Assembly (NCBI GenBank): GCA_002269645.1
Contig: NIVC01000397.1
Span: 184,463-248,462 of the forward strand
Length of the DNA: 64,000 nucleotides
Direction: 5' to 3'
DNA from: Macrostomum lignano
Lineage: Eukaryota
Made by a program: the position numbers and the translations under genes. This document shows, one piece after another, positions 40,901 to 52,330 of the stretch. How positions within the stretch are numbered: the stretch's first letter is position 1; each line of letters opens with the position of its first letter. Below the pieces are notes generated by a model. It was not told where the DNA came from and did not search any database. It saw only the letters and a program-made list of their open reading frames with translations.

Positions 40901-43900
40901 GCTGAGCGCAGTGCGGCAGCATGAAGTACCAGTGCCGCCGGCCCTCGCCCCCGCCGCTGATCTGCACCCGGGACAGCCCTGCCGGTTCCAATCGCACCAC
41001 GCCGCTGACCAGCTCGTCACCTGGCGGAATCGAACCGACGTCGGCCTGGTCGAGCGGCACCAGCGTGCACTTAAAGTCGTCCGGCTGTACCGCACCGTCC
41101 GGAGCTCGAATCGCGCAGGCGGCGTTGTCGGCTTCTGCGGCGGAGGCGTCGTCGGATTCGTCGGCCATCGAGGCAGCGAGCACCACCGGCCGCCAGCGAC
41201 GCTCCGCCTCCTCCGCCGCGGCCGCGGCCGCGGCCGCTTCAGCCTCGCGTTTCCGCTGCGCCTCGGCTTCGGCGCGGGCGCGCGCTCGGCGCCTCGACGA
41301 CGACTTTCGACGGTGCCGACCGCCGCTGCCGTCGTCGCCGTCCGAGTCTTCGCCGGCCGCCTCCTCGGCGCGGCGCCGACGTTTGGCCTCTTCGGCGGCG
41401 GCCGCTTTTGCAGCCGCAGCCTCGTCCGCCTGGCGCCGCCGGAGCTCCTCCTGGCGCCGGCGCTCCGCCTCTTCGGCCTCCTGGCGCTGGCGCTCCTCTT
41501 CGCGCCGTTTCGCCTCTTCAAGCTGGCGACGTCGGAAGGGGAGGTGAGCTGAGCTGATTGATCAGGACAGAGTCGCTTCAGCTACGCTTCAGGGAAATTT
41601 TAGTAACACTTCAGTAGCACTTCAGTAGCACTTCAGTAACACTTTAGTAACACTTCAGTAACACTTTAGTAACACTTCAGTAACACTTTAGTAACACTTC
41701 AGTAGCACTTCAGTAGCACTTCAGTAACACTTTAGTAACACTTTAGTAACACTTCAGTAGCACTTCAGTAGCACTTCAGTAACACTTCAGTAACACTTCA
41801 GTAACACTTTAGTAACACTTCAGTAGCACTTCAGTAGCACTTCAGTAGCACTTTAGTAGCACTTCAGTAGCACTTTACAGACACGCGTTACTCTAGTGAC
41901 CTTAATGACGTTTTTGAGAATCTGAAGGATACTTTTTGTAAACAAAGCCTCACCTCTTCTTGAATAGCGGCAGCCCTTTTCCTCGCCTTAGTGCAATTGA
42001 TTGCGCTCTCCTTCAGGGTGTTTTCAAGCCTTTGAAACTGGTCGCCAATGTTTGCAATCGTGGACTTCAATCGCAGGCCGTTGGCCAACTGCTTGTTCTC
42101 CTCTTCGCTTGCTGCCGCTCGCTCGTCCAGCTCCCGGTGGTCCTCTATGGAGTTGATCGCCTCTGAAGTGGTCGCGACGGAGTTGGAATGAGAATTGGGA
42201 TCGGCTGAATGTTGAGCATCTGTTTTTATATCCGATTTTCAGTGTGCTGCATCTTTATAACTGGCGCACTTAAATTTTTTTACGCTTTTTATTGCACCTG
42301 AGTCTCGCATCGCTCTCACTTTTGCTTCCTTCATCTCACTACCTCTGTTTTTCTCCTTCCTTCTCATCTCTCTCACCTCTCTCCCTCCTCTCACTCCGCC
42401 TCTCCCTCTCCATCTCCCCTTCTCTATCCCCTATCCTCTCGCTCTCTTTCTCTCCCTCTCCTCCTCTCCCTCTCCTTGTCTCCCTCTCCCTCACCTTCTC
42501 TCCCTCTCCTTCTCTCCCTCTCCCTCCCCTTCTCTCCCTCTCCTTCTCACCCTCTCCTTCCCACCCTCTCCCTCTCCCTCCCCTTCTCTCCCTCTCCTTC
42601 TCACCCTCTCCTTCCCACCCTCTCCCTCTCCCTCCCCTTCTCTCCCTCTCCTTATCTCCCTCTCCCTCTCCTTCTCTCCCTCTCCTTCTCTCCCTCTCCT
42701 TCTCTGCCTCTCCCTCTCCTTCTCTCCCTCTCCCTCTCCTTCCCACCCTCTCCCTCTCCCTCTCCCTCCCCTTCTCTCCCTCTCCTTCTCACCCTCTCCT
42801 TCCCACCCTCTCCTTTCTCTCCCTCTCCTTCTTCTATCTCCATCTCGTCTTACTCTCCTTCTTCCCCTCTGTCCCTCCTTGCAGCCCTTCTATCACCATC
42901 TCCTCTCTGTTCTCTTCGCAATTCTTTCCACCATTCTCTCGCATCTAACTTTGTGTCTCCCTACAAAGCATTTCTCTCTTCCAAGCTATTCATGTCTTCT
43001 TTAGAGCAGCAGCCAATTCTTTCTGGAAAAAGCATCAAAAAGCATTTTGCGACTGTCAAAAACTTTACTGACAGAACGCAGGTGTGGAAATAAAAAGATT
43101 TTATCGACAGAATGTGGAACAGTTGCCAATTATAATTTTTCATTCCAGCGCGCACTTTTGTAGCAATTTTTTTAGCCCAGCGTTAGGGATTCAGAATTTC
43201 TCCCATTCTCGCGAAATCCTGCCCGCATCTTCCAACCTCGCCTCTCTCGTCTGCAAGCGGATTCTGTCCTCCCCCATGGCAACCAAGTTGATGCGCAGGG
43301 AGACGCGGGTGGAGACAGAAATAGGGATGAAGACTCAAGAAATCAGCTTCATCTGATGCAGATGTAATCCCATAGAAATGCGTACAGACCGCCCCGTAAG
43401 TGGGAAAGTATACCTTACCAGTGAGTGATGACTAATTATATTGATATTATTCTGTGTGGCCAAACTATTAATTATTTAAGCAATGCCTCAACTGTACTTA
43501 ATCCACTGGCACCTTTGTAGCTTGTGTTTTCACTACGTCTCATGGTTATAGTCTCTAATCCAATGTCCATCATTGTCACTCATTTGTCACTCTCATTATT
43601 CACTCATTTGTCACTTCCATCATTTGCTCATTTTTCACTCTCATTATTCACTCATTTTCACTCTCATTATTCACTTATTTGTCACTCTCATTATTCACTC
43701 ATTTGTCACTCTCATCATTCACTCATTTGTCACTCCCATCATTCACTCATTTGTCACTCTCATTATTCACTTATTTTGTCACTCTCATCATTCACTCATT
43801 TGTCACTCCCATCATTCACTCATTTGTCACTCTCATTATTCACTTATTTTGTCACTCTCATCATTCACTCATTTGTCACTCTCATTATTCACTCATTTTT

Positions 43901-44426
43901 CACTCTCATCATTCACTCATTTGTCACTCTCATTATTCACTCATTTTTCACTCTCATTATTCACTCATTTGTCACTCTCATTATTCACTCATTTTTCACT
44001 CTCATCATTCACTCATTTGTCACTCTCATTATTCACTCATTTGTCACTCTCATTATTCACTCATTTGTCACTATCATTATTCACTCATTTGTCACTCTCA
44101 TTATTCACTCATTTGTCACTCTCACCGTCGCGTCGCCGCAGCGCTTCTTCATCAGCCCCCACTGCCTCGCCGAGCGCCCTGTAGAAGTTGCGAGCGTCTG
44201 CCGCTGCCAGCTGACTCTCCCGCAGCTGTCCCTCAACTTCGGTCAGGCACTCAGCCAGGCTTGACCTCAGCTGCTCCAGCCTGTCAGCCAAATCTTCCAC
44301 ATCCAAACTGCTCAATCTGGCCACTCCTTGATCGCTTCGTCCATTCAATCGAGTCTGTTGAAGCGTTTTAAATTCGTGCGAAATTTCACGAAACGCTTTG
44401 ACTAATTCGCCATTCGAGGATGGCAT
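31789..44426 (-). CDS. DTHD1: DTHD1-like death-domain adaptor (coiled coil/SAH - ZU5 - ZU5 - UPA - Death), 10 exons, ~958 aa
   Basis: Exons 44126-44426, 41954-42219, 40872-41522, 38895-39243, 38072-38423, 37275-37407, 33500-33774, 32520-32761, 32259-32449 and 31789-31905 all have GT/AG with matching phases (2877 nt). Motifs ELVSGVVRLEP..LPHCA (ZU5), FRGNI..FNSQMKNRLEL.V.E.D.F..F.G.I.V (recalled as DTHD1-like) and WELLADKL..YDMLITW..LCRAL (death domain). Confidence 0.8.
32259..32449 (-). CDS. DTHD1-like exon 9 (death domain)
   Basis: ttatag|AC...AAG|gtgaga. Confidence 0.87.
32520..32761 (-). CDS. DTHD1-like exon 8 (UPA end)
   Basis: atgcag|C GTT...AAA G|gtgaga. Confidence 0.83.
32899..33297. 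mobile_element. Foldback/MITE-like element with internally repetitive inverted arms around a (CTAGT)n core
   Basis: Left arm has repeats of TTTTCCCGCAG and the right arm the complementary GCGGGAAAA; inner IR tttttacagtcgggatt / aattccgactgtagaaa. Confidence 0.6.
33500..33774 (-). CDS. DTHD1-like exon 7 (UPA)
   Basis: ccgcag|GTG...CTT TC|gtgagt. Confidence 0.85.
33873..35143. repeat. 34-bp minisatellite, ~37 copies
   Basis: Unit gcaacagcatccacctccatcggtgtgctgagct with a T-rich variant. Confidence 0.97.
36168..36920 (-). mobile_element. Helitron-like non-autonomous element containing a CT/AG-rich tract
   Basis: 5' A|TCTCTACATATAAAAATC..(TCTGTG)n; 3' CCCCGGG..CCGCGGG hairpin then CTTG (degenerate CTAG); a second TC..TAATAAAAATG start follows directly. 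Confidence 0.4.
36965..37270 (+). mobile_element. Probable tRNA-derived SINE
   Basis: A-box-like TAGTCCAGTGG, B-box-like GGCTCGATTCC, body with a GTGTGAGTGTGTG tract and an A/AAC-rich end. Confidence 0.5.
37275..37407 (-). CDS. DTHD1-like exon 6; not in the ORF track
   Basis: tcgcag|G TTT ATC GCA...ACC GAG|gtttgt; bridges phase 2 to phase 0 exactly. Confidence 0.82.
37665..38036. repeat. 15-bp G-rich minisatellite (GGGGATTTGGGATT[T/A])
   Basis: Directly visible; ~25 copies. Confidence 0.95.
38072..38423 (-). CDS. DTHD1-like exon 5 (ZU5-2 end)
   Basis: ccgcag|CC...AGA CG|gtaaac; RPVTFNFQLP. The acceptor choice is uncertain (alternatives in the repeat upstream). Confidence 0.72.
38488..38828. 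repeat. 32-bp minisatellite, ~10 copies
   Basis: Unit gaagtagattctgagtagataaagtagaacct. Confidence 0.92.
38895..39243 (-). CDS. DTHD1-like exon 4 (ZU5-1 end, ZU5-2 start)
   Basis: tatcag|ATC TAC...CAC A|gtgagt; YSSSVDNRICLTVPEDA. Confidence 0.82.
39297..40215. repeat. 82-bp tandem repeat, ~11 copies
   Basis: gtttcctagaaatggaaacg recurs every 82-83 bp. Confidence 0.95.
40872..41522 (-). CDS. DTHD1-like exon 3 (E/R/A-rich SAH region, start of ZU5-1)
   Basis: cgccag|CTT GAA GAG...TAC|gtgagt; 651 nt open. Confidence 0.85.
41602..41876. repeat. 11-bp tandem repeat (cact[t]cagta[a/g]), ~25 copies
   Basis: Directly visible. Confidence 0.95.
41954..42219 (-). CDS. DTHD1-like exon 2 (coiled coil)
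   Basis: aaacag|AT...GAG|gtgagg. Confidence 0.78.
42330..42900. repeat. CT-rich low-complexity tract
   Basis: ctctccctctccttct variants. Confidence 0.9.
43575..44122. repeat. 24-bp minisatellite, ~22 copies
   Basis: Unit ttcactcatttgtcactctcatta; abuts the exon-1 donor. Confidence 0.95.
44126..44426 (-). CDS. DTHD1-like exon 1 (coiled coil)
   Basis: ATG CCA TCC...GAC G|gtgaga; LEQLRSSLAECLTEVEGQL. The start codon is not confirmed. Confidence 0.7.
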
Positions 44427-45261
44427 TTTTCTTGCTATTCTTTGTTATAATTCTATTTGTTATTTTTTAAATATTTAGTTCTAAGGTTTCCTTGGCTAGT
44501 CTGTTTCTCTCTCACGGGCTTCGAGCTGCAGTCCGGCGTTCTAATAATGCTTAATAATGCCCTGAGCGGCTGAGAATACTACTGGAGAAGCTGTTGCTAT
44601 GGACGCCTCCAATGGAAGGGAAAGAGAGAGGGGGGGAGGGTAGAGAGAGGGAGAAGGCAACGGTCAGAAGTTTTCAGCACAGAAGATATAACAGACTTTG
44701 TTGATGGGGTGGCCCAGCATCCATGCCTGTCTCTCAGAATTGAGAAGTGTACTGAATAACAAAGCATAGCATAGCTACTGCTGCAGGTTGGCCTCAGATA
44801 AATATACACGAATGCTCAATGGGAGGGCTTGGGTTATTAAGCACCTATAGATAGAGAGAGAAGTTCATTTCGTCTCCTAAAAATGCGTGGCTCTAGAAGC
44901 GCATGTTGAATGATTAGAAAAAAATAGCTTTGCATACAAAGCGTTAGGTTAGAACATACAAAATGATAACTGTTATTTCTCTTACAGGAAGTGTGGCTAT
45001 TAGATGTGTGAGTGTCCGGTTTTCTTGAGTAGGCAAAGGCAATAGTTAGCTGAAATAACAATAAATATGAATGCCGGAAACCATAGACAAAAGGGAACAA
45101 TGCGGTTTGTAGTAGAAGTTTGCGCCTAACTGGAGCTGACGGAGTTTTTACTTTTGCAGTCGAAATCCTGTTTTTTGGAGCCCAGCCAAGTGGCGAATAC
45201 GAAGCCAAGTTTGAAGCTAAGAGAAAAGAGAGGAGAGAGAGGGAGGTGGAGAGAAGGTCGA

Positions 45262-46242
45262 TGAGAAAAAAGGGTAGAGAGAAGGGTAGAGAGAAGAGTA
45301 GAGAGAAGGGTAGAGAAGCGGGTAGAGAGAAGGGTAGAGAGAAGGGTAGAGAGGATAGAGAGAAGGGTAGAGAGATGGGTAGAGAGAAGGGTAGAGAGAA
45401 GGGTAGAAAGAAGGTTAGAGACATGGGTAGAGAGAAGGGTAGAAAGAAGGTTAGAGACATGGGTAGAGAGAAGGGTAGAGAGAAGGGTAGAGAGAAGAGT
45501 AGAGAGATGGGTAGAAAGATGGGTAGAGAGGAGGGTAGAGATATGGGTAGAAAGATGGGTAGAGAGATGGGTAGCTCGTAGAGAAGTGGGTAGAGAGAAG
45601 GGTAGAGAGATGGGTAGAGAGATAGATAGGGAGAGTAGAGAGATGGATAGAGAGGGTAGAGAGAAGGGTAGAGAGATAGATAGGGAGGGTAGAGAGATAG
45701 ATAGGGAGGGTAGAGAGATGGATAGGGAGGGTAGAGAGATGGATAGAGAGAAGGGTAGAGAAGCGGATAGAGAGAAGGGTAGAGAGATGGGTAGAGAGAT
45801 GGGTAGAGAGATGGGTAGAGAGAAGGTTAGAGACATGGGTAGAGAGAAGGGTAGAGAGATGGGTAGAGAGATTGGATACAGAGAAGGTTAAAGAGATCGG
45901 TAGAGAGATGGGTAGAGAGATGGGTAGAGAGATGGGTAGAGAGAAGGTTAGAGACATGGGTAGAGAGAAGGGTAGAGAGATGGGTAGAGAGATTGGATAC
46001 AGAGAAGGTTAAAGAGATCGGTAGAGAGATGGGTAGAGAGATGGGTAGAGAGATGGGTAGAGAGATGGGTAGAGAGATGGGTAGAGAGAAGGATAGAGAG
46101 ATAGGTAGAGAGAAGGGTAGAGAGATAGGTAGAGAGATGGGTAGAGAGATGGGTAGAGAGATTGATAGATAGATGGGTAGAGAGATGGGTAGAGAGATGG
46201 GTAGAGAGATGGGTAGAGAGATGGGTAGAGAGATGGGTAGAT
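45262..46242. repeat. 12-bp purine-rich repeat (agaga[a/t]gggtag)
   Basis: Directly visible. Confidence 0.95.
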
Positions 46243-46667
46243 AATTGGAGAGTTACAGGAGCGAGACGCATCTTTGTCAGTCCCGTGGATACTCACTGTC
46301 ATTGCCAAAACAATACCTTGAACTTTTCGCCAATGGCCTGAGAAAATGTCTAGAGGCATCTATCACAAGTACATCCCAAAACAGACAGACGTAATCGGTG
46401 GAATCGTCAGAAATATATTAGTAGAACTGCTATAGAAAAGGAAAGTGCAAATGGAGTTTCAATTAGCTGGGAATGCATATTAGCTAGCTACTCAGCAGAT
46501 CTAGCTCCGCGTTCTGCATGGCTCATAAAATTTGCAGCTCACAGTTCACAGTCAGACACGTGGTTGGCTACTGTCCAATCATTAATTAAGTTGTTCTCAG
46601 CATAGTCTCGGTTGAATTCTTGCCTCCCATTTTCGTATAGACCCTAGAATTTTAGAAATTGGACAAT

Positions 46668-47975
46668 CAGAGCTTAGAGTGACAGATACTGAGCTTAGAG
46701 TGACAGATACGGAGCTTAGAGTGACAGATACGGAGCTTAGAGTGACAGATACGGAGCTTAGAGTGACAGATGCGGAGCTTAGAGTGACAGATACGGAGCT
46801 TAGAGTGACAGATACGGAGCTTAGAGTGACAGATACGGAGCTTAGAGTGACAGATACGGAGCTTAGAGTGACAGATACGGAGCTTAGAGTGACAGATACG
46901 GAGCTTAGAGAGAAAGATACGGAGCTTAAAGAGACAGATACGGAGCTTAGAGTGACAGATACGGAGCTTAGAGAGACAGATACGGAGCTTAGAGTGACAG
47001 ATACGGAGCTTAGAGAGACAGATACGGAGCTTAGAGTGACAGATACGGAGCTTAGAGTGACAGATACGGAGCTTAGAGTGACAGATACGGAGCTTAGAGA
47101 GACAGATACGGAGCTTAGAGAGACAGATACGGAGCTTAGAGTGACAGATACGGAGCTTAGAGTGACAGATACGGAACTTAGAGTGACAGATGCGGAGCTT
47201 AGAGTGAAAGATACGGAGCTTAGAGTGACAGATACGGAGCTTAGACTGACAGATACGGAGCTTAGAGTGACAGATACGGAGCTTAGAGAGACAGATACGG
47301 AGCTTAGAGTGACAGATACGGAGCTTAGAGTGACAGATACGGAGCTTAGAGTGACAGATACGGAGCTTAGAGAGAAAGATACGGAGCTTAAAGAGACAGA
47401 TACGGAGCTTAGAGTGACAGATACGGAGCTTAGAGTGACAGATACGGAGCTTAGAGAGACAGATACGGAGCTTAGAGTGACAGATACGGAGCTTAGAGTG
47501 ACAGATACGGAGCTTAGAGTGACAGATACGGAGCTTAGAGTGACAGATACGGAGCCTAGAGAGACAGATACGGAGCTTAGAGTGAAAGATACGGAGCTTA
47601 GAGTGACAGATACGGAGCTTAGAGTGACAGATACGGAGCTTAGAGAGACAGATACGGAGCTTAGAGAGACAGATACGGAGCTTAGAGAGACAGATACGGA
47701 GCTTAGAGAGACAGATACGGAGCTTAGAGTGACAGATACGGAGCTTAGAGTGACAGATACGGAGCTTAGAGTGACAGATACGGAGCTTAGAGTGACAGAT
47801 ACGGAGCTTAGAGTGACAGATACGGAGCTTAGAGTGACAGATACGGAGCTTAGAGTGACAGATGCGGAGCTTAGAGAGACAGATACGGAGCTTAGAGTGA
47901 CAGATACGGAGCTTAGAGTGACAGATACGGAGCTTAGAGTGACAGATGCGGAGCTTAGAGTGACAGATATGGACT
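46668..47975. repeat. 21-bp minisatellite, ~62 copies
   Basis: Unit gacagatacggagcttagagt. Confidence 0.97.
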
Positions 47976-48479
47976 TTTGAGTTTATAGCTAGGCTACCTG
48001 GGCATACCTACATACCTACATGGTATGTATACTAGTAAAATTTTATGAATACGGTGTTTACTATCACATCACAACAGCATATAGAAAAGTGACAAGTTCA
48101 GTCAAAAAGCGCCAAGCTGTCACGCTCTCTTTCACAATGCTTGAAGCCAGAAGAAAGAGGATTTGAAATCCCCTCACAATGGTAGGGCAGTCAGGCGTCG
48201 CAACGATGGAGCTTCCCATTAAAATGGTTACCAAGCGCTCACAATGGCACTCATGAAAAGAAATCAATTGTGGAGCTCATCTGCAAGGTGAACTATTTGC
48301 ATAGCAACTGAGTAGGCCATACAACAATAGAAGGCAAGAGTTTACTCTAAGAGCTACTCTTAGCGAGTGCTGATAAGTGCTGCTTTAAAGTTCTAAACAT
48401 TCTGCATGTATGAGCCAAGAGCGATTCTACCCCATTCACGATTAAAATTAATCTACTCATTGGAGTTAATCTATCTACA

Positions 48480-48833
48480 GATTAGAGTGTCCCTACCTGC
48501 ATATTAGAGTATGTCTACCTACATATTAGAGTGTGTCTACCTACACATTAGAGTGTGTCTATCTACACATTAGAGTGTGTCTACCTACACATTAGAGTGT
48601 GTCTACCTACACATTAGAGTGTCTCTACCTACACATTAGAGTGTGTCTATCTACACATTAGAGTGTGTCTACCTTCACATTAGAGTGTGTCTACCTACAC
48701 ATTAGAGTGTGTCTACCTACACATTAGAGTGTGTCTACCTACACATTAGAGTATGTCTACCTACACATTAGAGTGTGTCTACCTTCACATTAGAGTGTGT
48801 CTACCTACACATTAAAGTGTGTCTACCTACACT
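48480..48833. repeat. 22-bp minisatellite, ~15 copies
   Basis: Unit ttagagtgtgtctacctacaca. Confidence 0.95.
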
Positions 48834-49239
48834 TCAGAGTGAATCTACTCAGAGACTAGAATCAAATCTACCCAGAGAGGTTAGGGCCTTATCTATTAAT
48901 TTTCATCCACAGTGCAAATTAGGCAACAAAAAATGCGACGCTTTGAAGAACTTCTATATCGTAGTTTTTAAGAGCTGTGCTACCGCTGCGGTAAACGGGA
49001 CAATTAGCACAGCGGCTTCAAGATAAGATAAGAGATGGAATCGGCTGCACGCAGATAAATGCTAATTAAGCGCTTCGGCGGCATGGACAGGCGGTTGAGC
49101 AAAAGGACAATGAAAATGAATTGAAAAGGTACAGAAAGAATTGAGTCTACCCATCTGAGAACCTGCTCCATATCTTTCTATCTCACTGCGTATGTTGTAT
49201 TAGCACTTTTAACTCACCTTTCATGCCCGCTGTGATGTA

Positions 49240-50236
49240 TCTCACTGATTCATGTGTCTCTCTCAGATGTTTCTCACTGATTCGTGTGTCTCTCTCAGAT
49301 GTTTCTCACTGATTCGTGTGTCTCTCTCAGATGTTTCTCACTGATTCGTGTGTCTCTCTCAGATGTTTCTCACTGATTCATGTGTCTCTCTCAGATGTTT
49401 CTCACTGATTCGTGTGTCTCTCTCAGATGTTTCTCACTGATTCGTGTGTCTCTCTCAGATGTTTCTCACTGATTCATGTGTCTATCTCAGATGTTTCTCA
49501 CTGATTCGTGTGTCTCTCTCAGATGTTTCTTACTGATTCGTGTGTCTCTCTCAGATGTTTCTCACTGATTCATGTGTCTCTCTCAGATGTTTCTCACTGA
49601 TTCGTGTGTCTCTCTCAGATGTTTCTCACTGATTCGTGTGTCTCTCTCAGATGTTTCTCACTGATTCATGTGTCTCTCTCAGATGTTTCTCACTGATTCG
49701 TGTGTCTCTCTCAGATGTTTCTCACTGATTCGTGTGTCTCTCTCAGATGTTTCTCACTGATTCATGTGTCTATCTCAGATGTTTCTCACTGATTCGTGTG
49801 TCTCTCTCAGATGTTTCTTACTGATTCGTGTGTCTCTCTCAGATGTTTCTCACTGATTCATGTGTCTCTCTCAGATGTTTCTCACTGATTCGTGTGTCTC
49901 TCTCAGATGTTTCTCACTGATTCATGTGTCTCTCTCAGATGTTTCTCACTGATTCGTGTGTCTCTCTCAGATGTTTCTCACTGATTCATGTGTCTCTCTC
50001 AGATGTTTCTCACTGATTCATGTGTCTCTCTCAGATGTTTCTCACTGATTCGTGTGTCTCTCTCAGATGTTTCTCACTGATTCGTGTGTCTCTCTCAGAT
50101 GTTTCTCACTGATTCATGTGTCTCTCTCAGATGTTTCTCACTGATTCGTGTGTCTCTCTCAGATGTTTCTCACTGATTCATGTGTCTATCTCAGATGTTT
50201 CTCACTGATTCGTGTGTCTCTCTCAGATGTTTCTCA
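49240..50236. repeat. 32-bp minisatellite, ~31 copies
   Basis: Unit ctcactgattc[g/a]tgtgtctctctcagatgttt. Confidence 0.97.
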
Positions 50237-50634
50237 TTGTTCAACGTGTTACTGCTTTCGTAATTAGACTTTTGTTTCACTTGTTAGCTCTAGAGAAATG
50301 TGCAGGTCTGTGCCTCTCTATGCTGCTTGCTTGAGCATTCGGTCTTTCCAGGAAATGCGAACCTTCAAGACTTCGCAAACACTTAACTCGGGTAAACACC
50401 AGAACAGGCTGCTGCACTGGAGAAAAAGATAGAAAAGATGGTTAAGCCATGTTTGCATAGGCGGCCAAAATAATTTGTTTTAGTTTTCTGTTTGCCTAAC
50501 TGAATCGCTTGGCTTGCCATTTCTTGTAGGAAAATGGAACCTGTCCGATCTTGTGAGTCGGCAGTTAGGATAATGCATTAATAACTTTACCTTTTGCTCA
50601 TATTTTATTTTCATTGCCTCACCTGTTACGACGT

Positions 50635-50962
50635 AGATAGTGTCACCTGTTCGACAGGATAGTGTCACCTGTTAGACAGGATAGTGTCACCTGTTAGACA
50701 GGATAGTGTCACCTGTTAGACAGGATAGTGTCACCTGTTCGACAGGATAGTGTCACCTGTTAGACAGGATAGTGCCACCTGTTAGACATGATAGTGTCAC
50801 CTGTTAGACAGGATAGTGTCACCTGTTCGACAGGATAGTGTCACCTGTTTGACAGGATAGTGTCACCTGTTAGACAGAATAGTGTCACCTGTTAGACAGG
50901 ATAGTGTCACCTGTTAGACAGGACAGTGTCACCTGTTTGACAGGATAGTGTCACCTGTTACA
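50635..50962. repeat. 22-bp minisatellite, ~15 copies, with a partly palindromic unit
   Basis: Unit gacaggatagtgtcacctgtt[a/c]. Confidence 0.95.
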
Positions 50963-52144
50963 CAGGTTTAATTTAATTTCTACATTAATGATTTTGAGAA
51001 AACACTTAGGGGTGCACATAAGTATTTCTTTCTTATTTTTCTAGTTAATTAATATTCCTCATATAAATTCTGTTTAGAAAAAAGTAAATATTAAATGAAG
51101 CAGTTGGTGAAACAGCTGATTGCTTCGGGAATCAGTTTTTCATTTCCTAAGCCTGCTTAAGTCTGCTGCACCCGAATAATCGTGTATTGCATCATCCCAG
51201 CCGAGAGGATCAGTGGGATTTACAGGCACGAATACTCCATAGCCAAGCCCCAAGTCTCAGAGGGTGTACATGCCATGGATGCATTAATAAAACTTATGTC
51301 TGAGTGCTTTATCTATGTGGCGTGCTCAGGGTCAGCGGGATGGGCTTGGCTGCTCCTTGGCTTCTGGGTGGCAGTTTACTGTCGCCTTGATCAGATTTGT
51401 GAGTTAATGGGGGAGGTCATGCTAAATCACGTGAGTGCTTAAAATAACTGATAGGATAGGCTTTTACTACATTTAGTAGTAGTCCATTCAGATTATTAGT
51501 ACAAATTAAAGTAGTTAATCGTGCATCAGGTTTCACAATTATTTCTTCTGTTTCATAATCAAAATACTACTAAAGTAATGGGCATGCATAATTCCTACAA
51601 TTGATATAATAATCAATACTGAAAATTGAAATATTCAATTTTATTTCGTAGAAAAGCAGCATAAAACGATAATCTTAAATATTTATATTTATTTGTAAAG
51701 CTTTGCAGTAGACTTAGGAAAATACATAATTTTAATTTCGGCGAAACCAAGTCTTATCTAAAATCTACGCGAACACGCGAATCGTCTACTCATCGCATTT
51801 AGTAGCAAGTAGAGGCTGTGGAGAATATACAAAAAAACTATGGAAGGAACATTTAAAAGGGACTTGACGCAAACATTATTAAAATCTAAGAGTTTTAACA
51901 AAGCGCCGGTGTTAAAATTACAAAACATTTGAACCGCGTCTGCTTCCAAATGCGACATTTTTACAACGCACCTCTTACTACATTCCTTATGCGTACCTAC
52001 AGAACTACAGGCAAAGCCACATATTCCACAAAAATCGTTTAGCCCCGAAAATGCTCTCCTTCCAACTATCTACGATATATATATATATATAATTGTAGTC
52101 TGAACTTCCTGTGTGCGATGCTCCAGTTTAGCCTGACTTTAACG

Positions 52145-52330
52145 TACCAGAGGTCAGAGCGTCGGACTCACGACTTGAAGGTCGAGGGTTCGATGATTCT
52201 TGACCCGCTCGGAACTATTTGTGTCCTTGAGCAAGACACTCAACTCTGCATTGCTTCAGTTCCCCCAGCTGTAAAATGGGTAATTGAGGGTGTGCGTGGC
52301 GACCCCCCAGTCCAAGTTTTACCATGGCAT
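52145..52330 (+). mobile_element. tRNA-derived CORE-type SINE
   Basis: B box GGTTCGAT (52187); 52220-52280 TGTGTCCTTGAGCAAGACACTCAACTCT..TGCTTCAGTTCCCCCAGCTGTAAAATGGG matches the remembered MIR/CORE consensus. Confidence 0.75.

Noticed and set aside
43150-43370. GC-richer segment in intron 1 as an extra exon (MGEDRIRLQTREARLEDAG..)
   Set aside because: No donor before the stop, and exons 1 and 2 already join in phase.
36303-46359. ORFs from CT/AG-rich and 12/24-bp repeats (36303, 42292, 42476, 43524-43679, 45120-46009)
   Set aside because: Products of low-complexity repeats in introns or intergenic DNA.
46679-47980. 433-aa (VTDTELR)n ORF
   Set aside because: It arises from a stop-free 21-bp (multiple of 3) minisatellite, starts at GTG, and has no unique flanking coding sequence or splice sites.
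48480-50962. CRISPR-like appearance of the 22- and 32-bp arrays (also the 61- and 82-bp arrays)
   Set aside because: Head-to-tail repeats with no unique spacers, no cas genes, and a eukaryotic context.
51182-51442. 86-aa ORF with a hydrophobic stretch
   Set aside because: GTG start, no motif and no exon context.
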